Counted from the first letter of the whole stretch, positions 43,557-57,401 are shown. The stretch: DNA of 63,381 nucleotides, filler included, from Stramenopiles sp. TOSAG23-2 (GCA_900128395.1; 7 parts of 7 records of this genome joined end to end with filler, not necessarily neighbours in it), one strand, 5' to 3'. The notes: generated by a model from the sequence alone, not told the origin. Numbers and translations: made by a program.

Positions 43557-44010
43557 GATGTATGTATTTTGTTTTTATATATACGAGTAGTTTTCTGTTC
43601 TAAACATATAGTGTTGTGTTTTGTATATATTATATTTCTCAAAATACATTTTGTATACGACTATACGGAGTATATATATTATAAAATAAATTACATATCT
43701 TTTCAAAAAAATAGCGGAGAGAAGAGGGTAGGACATATGGCTGCGCTTGCCAGAGTAGGTAGAAATTATTACTTAGAAATCTGGAAATCAAAACTATAAA
43801 CAACAACAGAAATGTAAATGATAGATATATAGTTGTCGTCCAAACGTATATAGTAAAGAAACACAAAACCGAAACAAGTGAAAGTATATTTGTACCTAGA
43901 TACAATCGAAAAGTACATCTATATATATATATATATATATGTATATAAATAAACGACAATACGAAATAAAAAAATAATAAAAATATCACATCATACAAAT
44001 TATAAAATAA

Positions 44011-45213
44011 ATGAATAAAAATAATAATAATAATTTAAATTACAACAACAATAATACTCATCCAAATAATGTGACAACACGACGAAGGTTGAAAGTAATA
44101 CAAACACATTTAGTAGTTGCATCATCTTCTACTTCTGCACCAGAGCAGGAAAAAAAAGCAGAAGATCCATTTGACCTTTTACAACCGTCTACATATATGC
44201 ATGTCCCACGATTTGAACCTGGAGATCCAGCTGCAAGTAAATATTTAGAAACTGAAGGTTATGTTGTATTTAAAAATTGTTTAACAAAATCAGAATGTGA
44301 AAAAGGTATTCAGTATGCATGGGATTGGCTGGAAGAATATAATCCTAATTTAAATAGGAACAATATTGAAACGTGGAAAAATGAAAATTGGTATAATAAA
44401 GGAAGTGCTAGTAATGGAATTATAGGAGGGCATGGTATTGGACAATCAAAACTTCTATGGCATTGCAGATCTGCGCCTCGGGTGAAAGAGGCATTTGCAA
44501 ATATATTAGGAGATGATAATTTGTTAACATCATTTGATGGGGCAAATGTTTTTAGACCTTGGAAATATGATGCTAGTTGGAAAACGAAGCAAAGTTGGTT
44601 TCATACAGATCAATTGGCATTTCCGATAAAAGATAAAGATGGGAAGATGTTATATCATGGTGCAGTTGGCGGAAAACGGGAATACATTCAAGGTTTTGTC
44701 AATTTAGTAAAAACAACACCAGAAACTGGCGGGAACACTGTAGTCCCAAAAACTCATAAGATGTTTATGGAGTTAGCGAAAAAATATGGCAAAGGGAAAT
44801 ATGGTGAACGTGGTATGTATTACATTATTGCTAGGAAGGAACCAGAACTTTTAAATACTGCTATTAGAGCACATCTAGAAGCTGGTGATTTATTTTTATG
44901 GGATAGTAGAACAATACATGGTAATTCTTGTGGCTTTGATGATAGTGGAAAGATTGATAGCAATACCAATAAGAATCATGATTTAATTCGCGTGATTGCA
45001 TATGTTTGTATGGCACCGAAAGCAAAATTAAATGAAAAGGATCGAGACAAATACATCAAAATAAGGAAAAAAGCTGTTGAAAACGGATGGACAGACGGGC
45101 ATCAAGTATTGCATACACTCAATTTCATGGATACAGTTGGTAATCATCGTAATAAATTTGCAAAGAAGACTGGTATTATATTGAATGAATATCAAAAAGA
45201 ATTGGCATTTTAA
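44011..45213 (+). CDS. Phytanoyl-CoA dioxygenase (PhyH)-family Fe/2OG enzyme with PTS2
   Basis: EGYVV, SFDG, WFHTDQ (HxD), AGDLFLWDSRTIHG; N-terminal RLKVIQTHL. Confidence 0.85.
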   Translation: MNKNNNNNLNYNNNNTHPNNVTTRRRLKVIQTHLVVASSSTSAPEQEKKAEDPFDLLQPSTYMHVPRFEPGDPAASKYLETEGYVVFKNCLTKSECEKGIQYAWDWLEEYNPNLNRNNIETWKNENWYNKGSASNGIIGGHGIGQSKLLWHCRSAPRVKEAFANILGDDNLLTSFDGANVFRPWKYDASWKTKQSWFHTDQLAFPIKDKDGKMLYHGAVGGKREYIQGFVNLVKTTPETGGNTVVPKTHKMFMELAKKYGKGKYGERGMYYIIARKEPELLNTAIRAHLEAGDLFLWDSRTIHGNSCGFDDSGKIDSNTNKNHDLIRVIAYVCMAPKAKLNEKDRDKYIKIRKKAVENGWTDGHQVLHTLNFMDTVGNHRNKFAKKTGIILNEYQKELAF

Positions 45214-45631
45214 ATATGAAAAACAGACAAGAGAGGGAGGTGTGGCAGAGTGTGTGTGTGTTGCAATGGATTGTAAAAACTTTCAATTAAAGTATATAAA
45301 GTAATTCAGGTGTATAAATGTAAAGGGTTGTTTAGATGTGCAACATGTGATGGGGATAGTATATTTATAAATCTGATCTTTTGTACTTATTACACTTAAG
45401 TATACGAGTAATAGATAGGACCAAAAAATAAATATAGAATCTTCTATAAAATCTCGTATAACCAAAAAATTACAACAAAAAAGAAGATATTTTACCAAGT
45501 ATAAAATATAATATATAATATTATTCAACAATTAGAATAAGAAGAAGCATCACAACAACAATCCATAAAGTACAAACTATATATATCATTTGTTGTCTTC
45601 TTTGTTTTTATCATTGTATTTAAAATTATAA

Positions 45632-46294
45632 ATGCTCATACATAAAATTTTTAAACGTACGATGGCAACAACAACAACAACACGAACAAAAAATATTGTA
45701 ATCGATCCATTTTGTTTTCGACAATTTACAAAAAATTCAGGTAAAATCTTTATTGATTATGATCAAACCAGCTTTGAAAATAAAATAAATGAATTATATG
45801 ATGAGAAATTATTACAACCAGGATATGCACCATTTTGTAAACATATCTTTATTGAAAATTTTGTTGGAACGAACGAACAAGTATTAGAAATAAAGGACGA
45901 CACAAAACCATTTTTATTGTCAAAATATAGTGCTCGAAATGAAGACGAGTTGCCAGTTTTAGTAAGATATTTTCACATGAAAGATGTAAAAGATAAAATT
46001 ACATCAGCAAAATACCTTGATATTATATTATATAGTGGGGAACAAATTGAAAAAGAAAATAAAGCAATGGGAAAAACAAGAGATAGCGATGCTCCATGGG
46101 GAATTGTATCTATTAAACCACAAAATGTTAATTATGAATTACCAATGGCACCAATAACAATGATGCGTAATGCATTAGGGAAAGAACAAGGTGGAAGTGG
46201 TGTTGCATTAAAACGTGAAGAATATCTTAAAAGTGTTCAATATTGGATGAATCATGCTAGTGTTTTAGAAAGTGATCCTCCAAGTTTCTTGTAA
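45632..46294 (+). CDS. DUF3228 family protein
   Basis: GYAPFCKH, ELPVLVR, YLDIILYS, PITMMRNALGKEQGGSG. Confidence 0.88.
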   Translation: MLIHKIFKRTMATTTTTRTKNIVIDPFCFRQFTKNSGKIFIDYDQTSFENKINELYDEKLLQPGYAPFCKHIFIENFVGTNEQVLEIKDDTKPFLLSKYSARNEDELPVLVRYFHMKDVKDKITSAKYLDIILYSGEQIEKENKAMGKTRDSDAPWGIVSIKPQNVNYELPMAPITMMRNALGKEQGGSGVALKREEYLKSVQYWMNHASVLESDPPSFL

Positions 46295-46508
46295 AAATTT
46301 GTATATAATTATATGAAGGAGATGTGTTAGAGTACGCGGAGAACGTGTGGAGATATGACACACTACTAATATGTATGATTTCTCTCTCTCTTTTTTATAT
46401 ATACGAGTATATTTTTTTATAAAAACTCTCTGTGTTTTTTCTCTATTCTCTCTCTCTAAATATATAAAAATATTTCATATATATATAATTCTGCGTATAG
46501 TCTGCGTT

Positions 46509-48164
46509 TTACTCTTCCTCGTCGTCTACCCTATTGTTGTTAAATGATTTAACATTCTGTGAATGATGATCATCTAATATGGCACAAAAATTATCAAATG
46601 ATATACGATTCCCATCTACACTTCTCTCCTTTATCATCGCGGATAGTTCATCTGTTGCATGTGCTGGTGTGTTTTTAAATAATGTTTCAAAATCACTAAT
46701 ATCAATATATCCTGTATTTTCTTTATCCATCAACTTAAACGCTTCCTTTAAACGATCTTTTGCATGAAGTAAATGATGATCCATCGTTGCAGCTAAAAAC
46801 TCAGTATATGATAAACTTTCCTCCTCATGACCATCAGTCACAATTGAATGAAAAAGTTCATGTATATTTGTTTTTGTTATTTTATCTGCATGGCCTTCTT
46901 TAATAATTTTACTTAAATCTTTCCATGATATTCTACCATCGTTTTCCGTATCTATTTCCACAAATGTTTTTCTTAAATTTAAGATATCCTCTTGATGCAA
47001 TGCTGCTGCTAAGACGGTCATCGCTGCTTTTTCCATCTTATCAGCATTTGCAAAATATTGCATTCGTTTTAATAATTCAGCATCAAATTCTTCATCATCA
47101 GTAAGAGTATATTTACGTTTATTTTTGTTGCCCTTCTTATCATCTTCCTCTTGATCATCTTCGAAATCATTGTCCTTACTTGTAGTAAACCATGTATGTG
47201 ATAACAAATGACTTACTCCTAAACGCTCTTTTGCATCTGGGTTTAAAACACAATCTAAAAAATCTTTTGCATCATCGCTAATTTTGTTTTTCCAAAACTT
47301 TTCTGTATAATGACGTTGATACGAACGACCCATTTTACTATTTAAACTTACACAATCATGACCTTTTCGTTTAAATGGCATTTTTCCCGATAATAAACAA
47401 AATGTTATAACACCTATGGACCAAACGTCAACTTCACTGCCATATGATGATGTTTCACCTAAATGTGTACGTTGAATTTCCGGTGCAACAAACCCTGGTG
47501 TGCCAAGAAATTGCTTCATACCCCTGACATGATCATGGTCATTGTAATATCGTTTTGACAATCCAAAATCAATTAATTTCATATCTAATCCATCACCAGT
47601 AAATAACCAATTATCCATTTTTATATCACGATGACAAATATTATTTTGATGTACATAATAAATAGCGGTGCACATTTGTTTCACAATATCCCTGGCATCA
47701 TCTTCTACGTAACAATGCCTAGGTCTATCTGCGGATATCAATTGGTGCAATAAATCCCCACCAGCACAAAGCTCGCTGACCATGTACAAATAATGCTCAT
47801 CTTCATAACTAGCAATTAATTTCACAACATTTGGATGGTCCAGTTCACTTAATAAATGTATTTCTTTTTTCAACGATTTTATATTACGTATTAACTTTTT
47901 ATTGACACTTTTTAAAGCTACCATTTCATTCGTCACTTTATGCTTTACTTTTAACACGCTACCTGTCATACCTTCACCTAATACTACATCATCTTCCCCA
48001 AAGTCTATAAATTCACTTATATGTTGCCTACTTTTTAACGTATAAATATTTTTAACACTTGCAAGTGGATTATGCATTTTATTATTATTATGTGTAGTAT
48101 TTTTCATTTCTTGGTTGCCATTAGAATTACTATCCACACTGTTTACAGATGCACATATTCCCAT
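46509..48164 (-). CDS. Calcium-dependent protein kinase (CDPK)
   Basis: MGICAS acylation motif; kinase motifs HRDIK, DFG, APE; calmodulin-like EF-hand domain. Confidence 0.93.
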   Translation of the reverse strand: MGICASVNSVDSNSNGNQEMKNTTHNNNKMHNPLASVKNIYTLKSRQHISEFIDFGEDDVVLGEGMTGSVLKVKHKVTNEMVALKSVNKKLIRNIKSLKKEIHLLSELDHPNVVKLIASYEDEHYLYMVSELCAGGDLLHQLISADRPRHCYVEDDARDIVKQMCTAIYYVHQNNICHRDIKMDNWLFTGDGLDMKLIDFGLSKRYYNDHDHVRGMKQFLGTPGFVAPEIQRTHLGETSSYGSEVDVWSIGVITFCLLSGKMPFKRKGHDCVSLNSKMGRSYQRHYTEKFWKNKISDDAKDFLDCVLNPDAKERLGVSHLLSHTWFTTSKDNDFEDDQEEDDKKGNKNKRKYTLTDDEEFDAELLKRMQYFANADKMEKAAMTVLAAALHQEDILNLRKTFVEIDTENDGRISWKDLSKIIKEGHADKITKTNIHELFHSIVTDGHEEESLSYTEFLAATMDHHLLHAKDRLKEAFKLMDKENTGYIDISDFETLFKNTPAHATDELSAMIKERSVDGNRISFDNFCAILDDHHSQNVKSFNNNRVDDEEE

Positions 48165-48689
48165 CTTTACAACTTTACTGCCTCTCTATTCTATAATCTA
48201 TCTATATCTCTATATAATGTGTATATCTATATATATATATACGTTGTATGATATATATTTTTTATGGATAATCTCTTTGTACTCGGTCCCTTCACACCAA
48301 TGGTGTCACGTCTTCTACGTTTTGCTTCTCTCCTTTTAAAAATGAAGCAAGGAGTGAAGCGGTTAATCACTTTGTATGAGATGAATATATAACATACAGG
48401 ATTTATAATAAATAATATAAGTTTAAGTTTTTGAATGAAGAAAAAAATAGCATGAAATTAAAATATTATAGTGGTGCTTTTAAAATATTATAAATACACT
48501 ATGTTTGACGACTCTCTCTCTCTCTAAGATATTCAAATCTAAAATGTAATATTTGATGATGATAATATCTATAAAGTTATTCTTCTTTCCTCTATTTCTA
48601 TCTATCGGACTATATAAATATACATATATATATATATAATATACATTTTGTTGATCATCTCTTTCTCTCGATGATTTTATTATATTATA

Positions 48690-50012
48690 TTATGCTAAAT
48701 TTGCTTGGATTGCTTTGGTAGCTTCATCTTTTTTATTGAATTTATTTTTGTAATCATCTGGTACACCATATGCTGCACCGTAAATTGCACCAAGAGCAAT
48801 AGCACGACTACTACAATCACCATTCAACATGATGTTTTCTCTCATAGCTTCTTCATAAGTATTACACTTTAAGCATATTGAAATCGTAGCAACAAATGCA
48901 TGTGGATTCATACATCCAAGTGATATATGTGCTTTTTCAGGATTACCAGTCATCATAACACCATGATCATGTTGCGAGTCTTGTACATTCTTGTCCAAGT
49001 TTGATTTAACAAAATCATAAGAAAATTTAATACTTCCTTTATTCTCCGGATCTTCTTGATTTTCTGGTAATGCAGCTACTTCTTCAACTGCATCTTTAAT
49101 ACTTTTTCCATCTCTTGCAATTCTTAAAATAACTCTTCCATAAAAACGTGTTGTTTTAATAGCTTTTCCATAATCGCAATTATACATTAATTTTACCATT
49201 GTTTCCAAATTTTTCATGATCATTTCTTCATCCTCATTTAATCCAAAACGAGTTAAACATGGCATAATTTTACCATTGCATTCTGCCATTGTACTGTCAG
49301 CACCAATGTTTGGATATGTTTTTTGCAATTCAGCTTTTTCCTCTGCGGCTTTTTGTTTTTCAGCTTTTTTTGCATCATCATCACCTTCTTCCTCTTTGAT
49401 TGGATGTGGTTTTCCTTCATAGTGCATGCAAAAGTCTTTCAATGCGTGTGTTCTATAACCTTTGTACGGTTGCAAAGAATCGTAATAAAGTTTGGCCAAT
49501 GCCATTGGATCAGCAATTTCTTTGGTTTTATCAAGCCCTGCAGTATGAGCAAAATGCATAAGACTGTAATCGCCTGAAGGGCACATATCACCAAAGTTGT
49601 AATATCCTGGGAATGCAGATTTTTCAACAGTCCAACCGTACATAGGATCAAAGCCTAATGTTGTATGCGCTTTTGTCCAATCCGCCTTTGCTTTTTCTGT
49701 GTCACTATGAAAAAAAAGGCATGATGGATCTGGAAAAAAATTAGGTTCCGTGTCACCAATCAATTTTTTTAAATGTTCTCTGTTGTAAAACCATTCTAAA
49801 GGCATTGCGCATGCGCTACCAACAAGACTACCCATGGCGGCGTTGCCTAATTTTTCAGTAATTGTTTGCTGCCTTAATAATTTTCGTAACCTTATCACTT
49901 CATCCTTTGCATTTTCAGCTGTCACATCAGATGCATCCCCAGGCTTTTGTAATTCTTCTTGTACAATTGCTGAAGAGAAAGTTGGTTGTGTTGTTGAAGC
50001 TCCTGCACCCAT
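48690..50012 (-). CDS. ADP-ribosylglycohydrolase / crystallin J1-like protein with an N-myristoylation motif
   Basis: GSLVG..CAMPLEWFY, RENIMLNGDCSSRAIALGAIYGA; MGAGAS start. Confidence 0.75.
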   Translation of the reverse strand: MGAGASTTQPTFSSAIVQEELQKPGDASDVTAENAKDEVIRLRKLLRQQTITEKLGNAAMGSLVGSACAMPLEWFYNREHLKKLIGDTEPNFFPDPSCLFFHSDTEKAKADWTKAHTTLGFDPMYGWTVEKSAFPGYYNFGDMCPSGDYSLMHFAHTAGLDKTKEIADPMALAKLYYDSLQPYKGYRTHALKDFCMHYEGKPHPIKEEEGDDDAKKAEKQKAAEEKAELQKTYPNIGADSTMAECNGKIMPCLTRFGLNEDEEMIMKNLETMVKLMYNCDYGKAIKTTRFYGRVILRIARDGKSIKDAVEEVAALPENQEDPENKGSIKFSYDFVKSNLDKNVQDSQHDHGVMMTGNPEKAHISLGCMNPHAFVATISICLKCNTYEEAMRENIMLNGDCSSRAIALGAIYGAAYGVPDDYKNKFNKKDEATKAIQANLA

Positions 50013-50621
50013 ATTTTAATTAATTTGTTATTGTTGTTGTATAAAATTTGTATATATTTTGTTATTCTATTAATATTATTATTATATATATATATATAAT
50101 TGAATGTTTTCTATGATGTACATATATGTCTATGTCCATCTACACACACACACACTAATATTAGAATATATATTTTTCTCGATCTAGAACAGGATATAGA
50201 ATATGTTGTGTACAACAGTATTGGTGGTAGTCTATACTGTGTACCTGCTGTATTTTATTATATATGATGACTCATTCATCCACCACCGACGTCAGCATGT
50301 CAGTCCAGCAGTCGTCAGATGATTAACAGATTTGCTATACAGTAGACTATGGAAATACTGTTCTCTCTGGAAAGATCTGTGCTATTTGTAGAACCCTAAC
50401 ATTAACATGAAAATAACAAAAAGCTTTTTTATTAGTTGTACAGAGTTATACTTGTTATAATGACGCTCCTATAATATCGTCCTATATCGTTAAAGCACTA
50501 TTTGTGCATTGTTGAATTTGTTTAATAATCGCTTCGGCTTTTGCTGCATGATAATTTTTACCTGGTGGTGGTAATCCATGTTGCTTATTATTATTATTAT
50601 ATAACTCAGATAACTGACTGA

Positions 50622-51242
50622 TTGATTAAATGTTGTATGATCGTCATTGCTGTTATTTTTCAGTGTACATTTAATACTATCATCCAAGCACAATCATACA
50701 TTGGACAAACAAAAAGCACAATCAAGAAAAGGTTCAAAAATAGCTTAAATGGAAGAAGTGCCTGTTATATTTTTGTTGCAGCTCTACATGTTTATGGTGC
50801 TAAAATGTGGAACTTAAGAATTAGGAACTATGACAGGAAAATGCTAACAAATATGGAAGATCATTATATATCAAGTGAACAAACATTACATCCTGAAATA
50901 CATATAAAATATTATGGAGTTGGATTCATGAATCAATACAAGAGACTGCACCTTCAGCACCACCATCACCACCTGAGTTTTATGATGTTAAAGCAAAATG
51001 AATAATTGCTTCCAATGTCAAGATGTGGCAGGCAATATCAAAAGAGTGCTGGACAAATTTGTTATAACCGCCTGAAAAATGGCATTGATATAAATACTAT
51101 GGGACAAAAAAATTTATTTGTTGCAAGACGAAAAGGAGATTTTAAACGGAAAATTGTGGAATGGGGCTTTGGCCATTCAGTATTAGCTGCATGCGATGTA
51201 TGGAGGATAATCAATATATTAAAAGATAACACTGCTAACTAA
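50622..51242 (+). pseudogene. Degenerate GIY-YIG endonuclease
   Basis: SYIGQT...KKR...AL.VYG...E..YI...TLHP; an in-frame TAA at 51003-51005 separates two collinear ORFs. Confidence 0.55.
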
Positions 51243-51872
51243 AATATAAATAGGATGGTCCGATAAGGACAAATGATAAGCATCTAAATCAGTTTCTATC
51301 AGTAACATGGAACCTAATGTGTAGAGGTATCAACACTGAGCATCTGAAATTGCAGCACTATCCGCATTTAATCAATAAAGTCCAAGATAAAAACCACAAA
51401 ATTTTAGGTAGTACAACAGACCAGCGGCGCCTTGCATGAAGTAGAGTTAACTATGCATTCAAATTATGTAATTGTGTCAACAATGGGGTTGTTGATGACA
51501 CCACTGTTACATGACCATTTCTTCAATATTTTTGTGGATGAAAGAAAATTGGAGGTTTTGCAAAAAGCAGAAAGGATCTAGAAAATATCATAAAATTTAG
51601 GCTTTAGGCCTAACATACCATTAGGAAAACCTTAACCTTTACCTTTTAAAAACATCAGATGAACCTCATTTGTACTGTGTATTATTGAAATTATACCAGT
51701 ATATATTATTGTACCGCGGCGGAAAGGTTTTTCAAAAATGTATTAACTTTTGTAGAAAACAAAATAATAATACAGTAGAGGAGTGATAAGATCAATCATA
51801 ATACAATCAATAACATTGATAAATACAAAGCTAATTATATTAATTAAATACATCATTTCAATAATAAAAACC

Positions 51873-53370
51873 ATGAAATTAATCACACTGATTACAATAG
51901 TTCTTGCTACTTCAGCATTAACTGTTGTAGTAGAAGGTAAAAAAACAAAATGGCATCAGTTAAAATCATATAATTTTAAACAATATCAACAAGAATTTAA
52001 TAAAGTATATGAAAGTGAAACAGAAAAAATATTCCGTAAACATATATTCCAACAACGTTTGAAAATTATCATTGCTCATAATGATGATTCATCACAAACA
52101 TACAAACGAGGCGTGAATCATTTTACTGATCATACACCAGAGGAATTAAAACAATCACGTGGTTTGCATAAAGGATTATTATATCAAGGACATCAAGAGA
52201 GAAGGAAATTACAATCCATGAAAGTAATAAATTCTACAAACTCATTGCCAGATTCAGTTGATTGGAGAACTAAAAATGTTCTAACACCAATTAAAAATCA
52301 AGGTGAATGTGGATCGTGCTGGACATTTGCCTCTACTGAAACGTTAGAATCACATACTGCTATCAAAACAGGCATTTTACAAGAGTTAAGTGAACAATTT
52401 ATTTTAGGTAAGTACATTTGTTAAGATATATATATATATCACAGTTTCCTCTGTTTGGATGCTTTTTTCCCCTTCCCTGATACAATTGTTTCCAATGCGC
52501 ATACTATATATATATATCAATAAGGGTTATATTTCCCCATGTAAATATAAGCCAATAATTAATATGCAAGACAAAAGACTCTGATGATCAACACTTTAAA
52601 GGGATACTTAAGATGTGTCAATCATCTTTTTTATTATTGGATAGTGTTGAAACATATATTTTATAAATAAAAAAACTACAACTGATTTAAAAACCGCCTT
52701 ACTATATAAAATAAATGAAGCCGTTTTCTAACAATGTACACATTGTATTTTAGACTGCACACCAAATCCAAAACAATGTGGAGGTACAGGCGGTTGTGCA
52801 GGCGGTACTGCAGAATTAGCATATACACGATTAAAGGAACTTGGTGGTATGCCATCTGAATATACTTATCCATACATTAGTGGGACTGGTAAAGCAGGCA
52901 CATGTCATGGTGTTCCTTTAAAACCAGCAACCCCTCATACTGGAGTACCAATGGCCTCAGCAACATTAAAAGGCCACGTGTCAATTACATCAAACTCATA
53001 TTCTGCTGTTATGGATGGTATTGCAAATATTGGCCCATTAGCTGTATCGGTAGATGCTGGTGCTTGGCACGATTATGAAACTGGAGTATTCTCTGGTGGA
53101 AATCAAACCTCACCAACATTGGATCATCTTGTACAACTTGTTGGGTATGGTACAGATAAAGAATTAGGTGACTACTGGATCATACGAAATAGCTGGACAC
53201 CATTATGGGGAGAGAAAGGCTTTATGCTTTTGAAGCGATTCACTGATGGAGATCATTGTGGAATTGATGTAAATCCACTTGATGGCAATGGATGTAAAGG
53301 CGGCCCACCAACAGTTAAAGTATGTGGTCAAAATGGAGTATTATATGATGCCGTATATCCATTGGTTTAA
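51873..53370 (+). CDS. Papain-family (C1A) cathepsin L-like cysteine protease; exons 51873-52407 and 52754-53370
   Basis: Signal peptide, I29 prodomain (GVNHFTD), QGECGSCW, DH and NSW motifs. GT-AG intron 52408-52753 restores ILDC. Confidence 0.93.
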
Positions 53371-53712
53371 GCGAATGATAATGGGGGGGTAAAATTATAC
53401 ACACGCATGTACACAATTTAATACGACACTTGTACAATAACGAAAAAGTGTAATATTTAAATATATATACACGAGTTAAATATTTTTGTTCTTTTTGTAT
53501 TTTTTTAATAAAATCCATCTCATGTGCTCATCATGATGTATATTATGTGTCACATATTTAATAAAACATTAAATATAACAAAATATGTGTTTTCTCTTTT
53601 ACGAGCGTATAATTTTTTTTAATACGAATATAATTTTAAAAATAAAACGCACTTAAAATTCTTCATATCATATGATACTTCGTTAAAATAAACACACACA
53701 CTACTTTTCGTA

Positions 53713-54581
53713 TTAAATATTTTCAAAAATTGCATGCTCAACCGTTTCAATAAAAGCCATTAAAATAACATGCAAGCTGCTTCTACGTTTCCATTTCTTA
53801 CGATCTTTTTTATCCACTTTCATACCTTGTAACACAAAATTGACAACTTCAGTTATTTCAGCTAACATATCATTATTCTTATCCAAGTACGCTAAAAACT
53901 TTTTCGCATCCTTTTTCTTTATATCTTTACCAGTTAAAAATTTAACCATATTTGTAAATTCTACTTGATTTAAAACGTTATCTTTATCAACATCAAATTT
54001 ATGCCAAATCTTTTCAAAATAGTCTTGAACGAAAAACTTTGCATTTTCTTTTTCTACAGCTTCTATGAAATTCATCAATACAGAGTGCAACGGAGATTTG
54101 TTTCTCCATGATTTTCTATTTACTTTTTTCACCAACCTTCATCATCAACAATCATCTCCCATCCCTCTGGAACAGGAGCAAATAATGAATCTCGTCCTAT
54201 ATATATTAAATCTGGATGTGCTTTTGTATCTATACCTAAATATTTACAATGTTCCATGATCGCCATTTTATAATTTTTATCTGTATTCCATAATGGGTCA
54301 TTAATTAAATTATTCTTATTTTTATTATTACCGCCGTAAAATTTATTGATTTTTGGTTGAAACGTACATTCTTCCTCTATACTTTCATCTGCTTGTTTCT
54401 TCTTTAACTTTGCCAAACGTTTCAATTTTTTTTTCTTCCATTTTACAGTACGCTTATATAATTTTGCACTCATCTTGCCATTGATTGTTGTGGATTGATA
54501 TGCTTGTTTTTCCTCATTTGTCCATCCATCTATATATCCGGATATGAATTTCTTTTTTATAATATTGTCAAATAAAGTCAA
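53713..54581 (-). pseudogene. Out-of-frame fusion of a truncated CEP164-like WW segment and an EF-hand repeat
   Basis: CTFQPKIN; YLGID...LFAPVPEGW then a stop; the overlapping frame has DVDKDNVLNQVEF and DKNNDMLAEITE. Confidence 0.5.
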
Positions 54582-54749
54582 TTCTATATAAGAAATGTGT
54601 GTGCAAGTTGCAAGTTAATTATTCTATTTTTGGCAAGAGATCAACAGCTCAGCATGATGATGACAAAAATGGGCAAAATGCTAAATCAACGATAATTATA
54701 TTCTAAATTACCTTTTAAGTATAAATTATGTGTCATTTGATAGACCAAA

Positions 54750-54770
54750 AGGGTTAGGGTTAGGGTTAGG
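54750..54770 (+). repeat. Short interstitial telomere-type repeat (TTAGGG)x~3.5
   Basis: AGGGTTAGGGTTAGGGTTAGG. Confidence 0.8.
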
Positions 54771-54996
54771 AGAGATGCAGATCGTAAATGCTCTCTAGTC
54801 GGCCGTCTAACGTGTATGTTCTTATGTGTAGTGTTATTTTTGGATATAATTTAAGGTAAAATGTCTTTTTCAAGGCCTGTGTAGTGCTAATTGCATTTTT
54901 TTGTAAATCTACAACTTTTTTGCTGATGAAGAAGAAATGTTTTTTTTGTTGGGAATATAGATTGTTCATTTAACTATGCATTTATATTTTATACTT

Positions 54997-55096
54997 NNNN
55001 NNNNNNNNNNNNNNNNNNNNNNNNNNNNNNNNNNNNNNNNTTAATTAATTAANNNNNNNNNNNNNNNNNNNNNNNNNNNNNNNNNNNNNNNNNNNN
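54997..55096. other. Artificial contig spacer
   Basis: N44-TTAATTAATTAA-N44. Confidence 0.97.
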
Positions 55097-55134
55097 GATC
55101 TACACTCTTTCCCGACACGACGCTCTTCCGATCT
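55097..55134 (+). other. Illumina TruSeq adapter contamination
   Basis: GATCTACACTCTTTCCCGACACGACGCTCTTCCGATCT, one mismatch to the universal adapter; translates as [11 protein letters not shown] on the minus strand. Confidence 0.97.
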
Positions 55135-56675
<1,541 letters not shown>

Positions 56676-56775
56676 NNNNNNNNNNNNNNNNNNNNNNNNN
56701 NNNNNNNNNNNNNNNNNNNTTAATTAATTAANNNNNNNNNNNNNNNNNNNNNNNNNNNNNNNNNNNNNNNNNNNN
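56676..56775. other. Artificial contig spacer
   Basis: N44-TTAATTAATTAA-N44. Confidence 0.97.
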
Positions 56776-57095
56776 TGTAAAATATATATATTCTACTAAG
56801 TACAAATATGTCATATACAAGGAATTATATTTAAATTGAATTAAAATGTGCAAATATGCACATATATATATATAGTATAATATTTATAAGTGTTGGTTTT
56901 GGATGATTTTGATATACACGGAAGAACAATAAACAAAAATAAGAAGAATACCATTTTATTTTTGTTGTTGTTGTTGTTTTGCATTGTAATTATATACACA
57001 TTTTGATAATATTGAATAAGAAATATATATATAGAGAGAGAGAGCACGAGGGAGAGAATATACGTGGAAAATAATAATAAATCATAATAATAAAT

Positions 57096-57401
57096 TTTAA
57101 AATGGCTACTTCAATATTAAATGTTAATACAAGAAAAACAGTCGAAGAGTTAGCTATTAAAGCAGTGGAATATGATCGAAATGAAGATTATGATAATGCA
57201 TTGATCTTTTATGACAAAGTTGTAAGCTTGATTTTTGAAACATCAAAATTTAAAATGGCTACTTCAATATTAAATGTTAATACAAGAAAAACAGTCGAAG
57301 AGTTAGCTATTAAAGCAGTGGAATATGATCGAAATGAAGATTATGATAATGCATTGATCTTTTATGACAAAGTTGTAAGCTTGATTTTTGAAACATCAAA
57401 A
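57096..57401. repeat. Exact 153-bp tandem duplication
   Basis: 57096-57248 equals 57249-57401, including 6 nt upstream of the ATG. Confidence 0.92.

Noticed and set aside
48690-50012. Selenoprotein J
   Set aside because: Related fold, but there is no in-frame TGA; the motif reads NGDCSSR.
51003-51005. Stop-codon reassignment (TAA read-through)
   Set aside because: Intact genes throughout the window end normally in TAA, TAG or TGA, so this is better read as decay.
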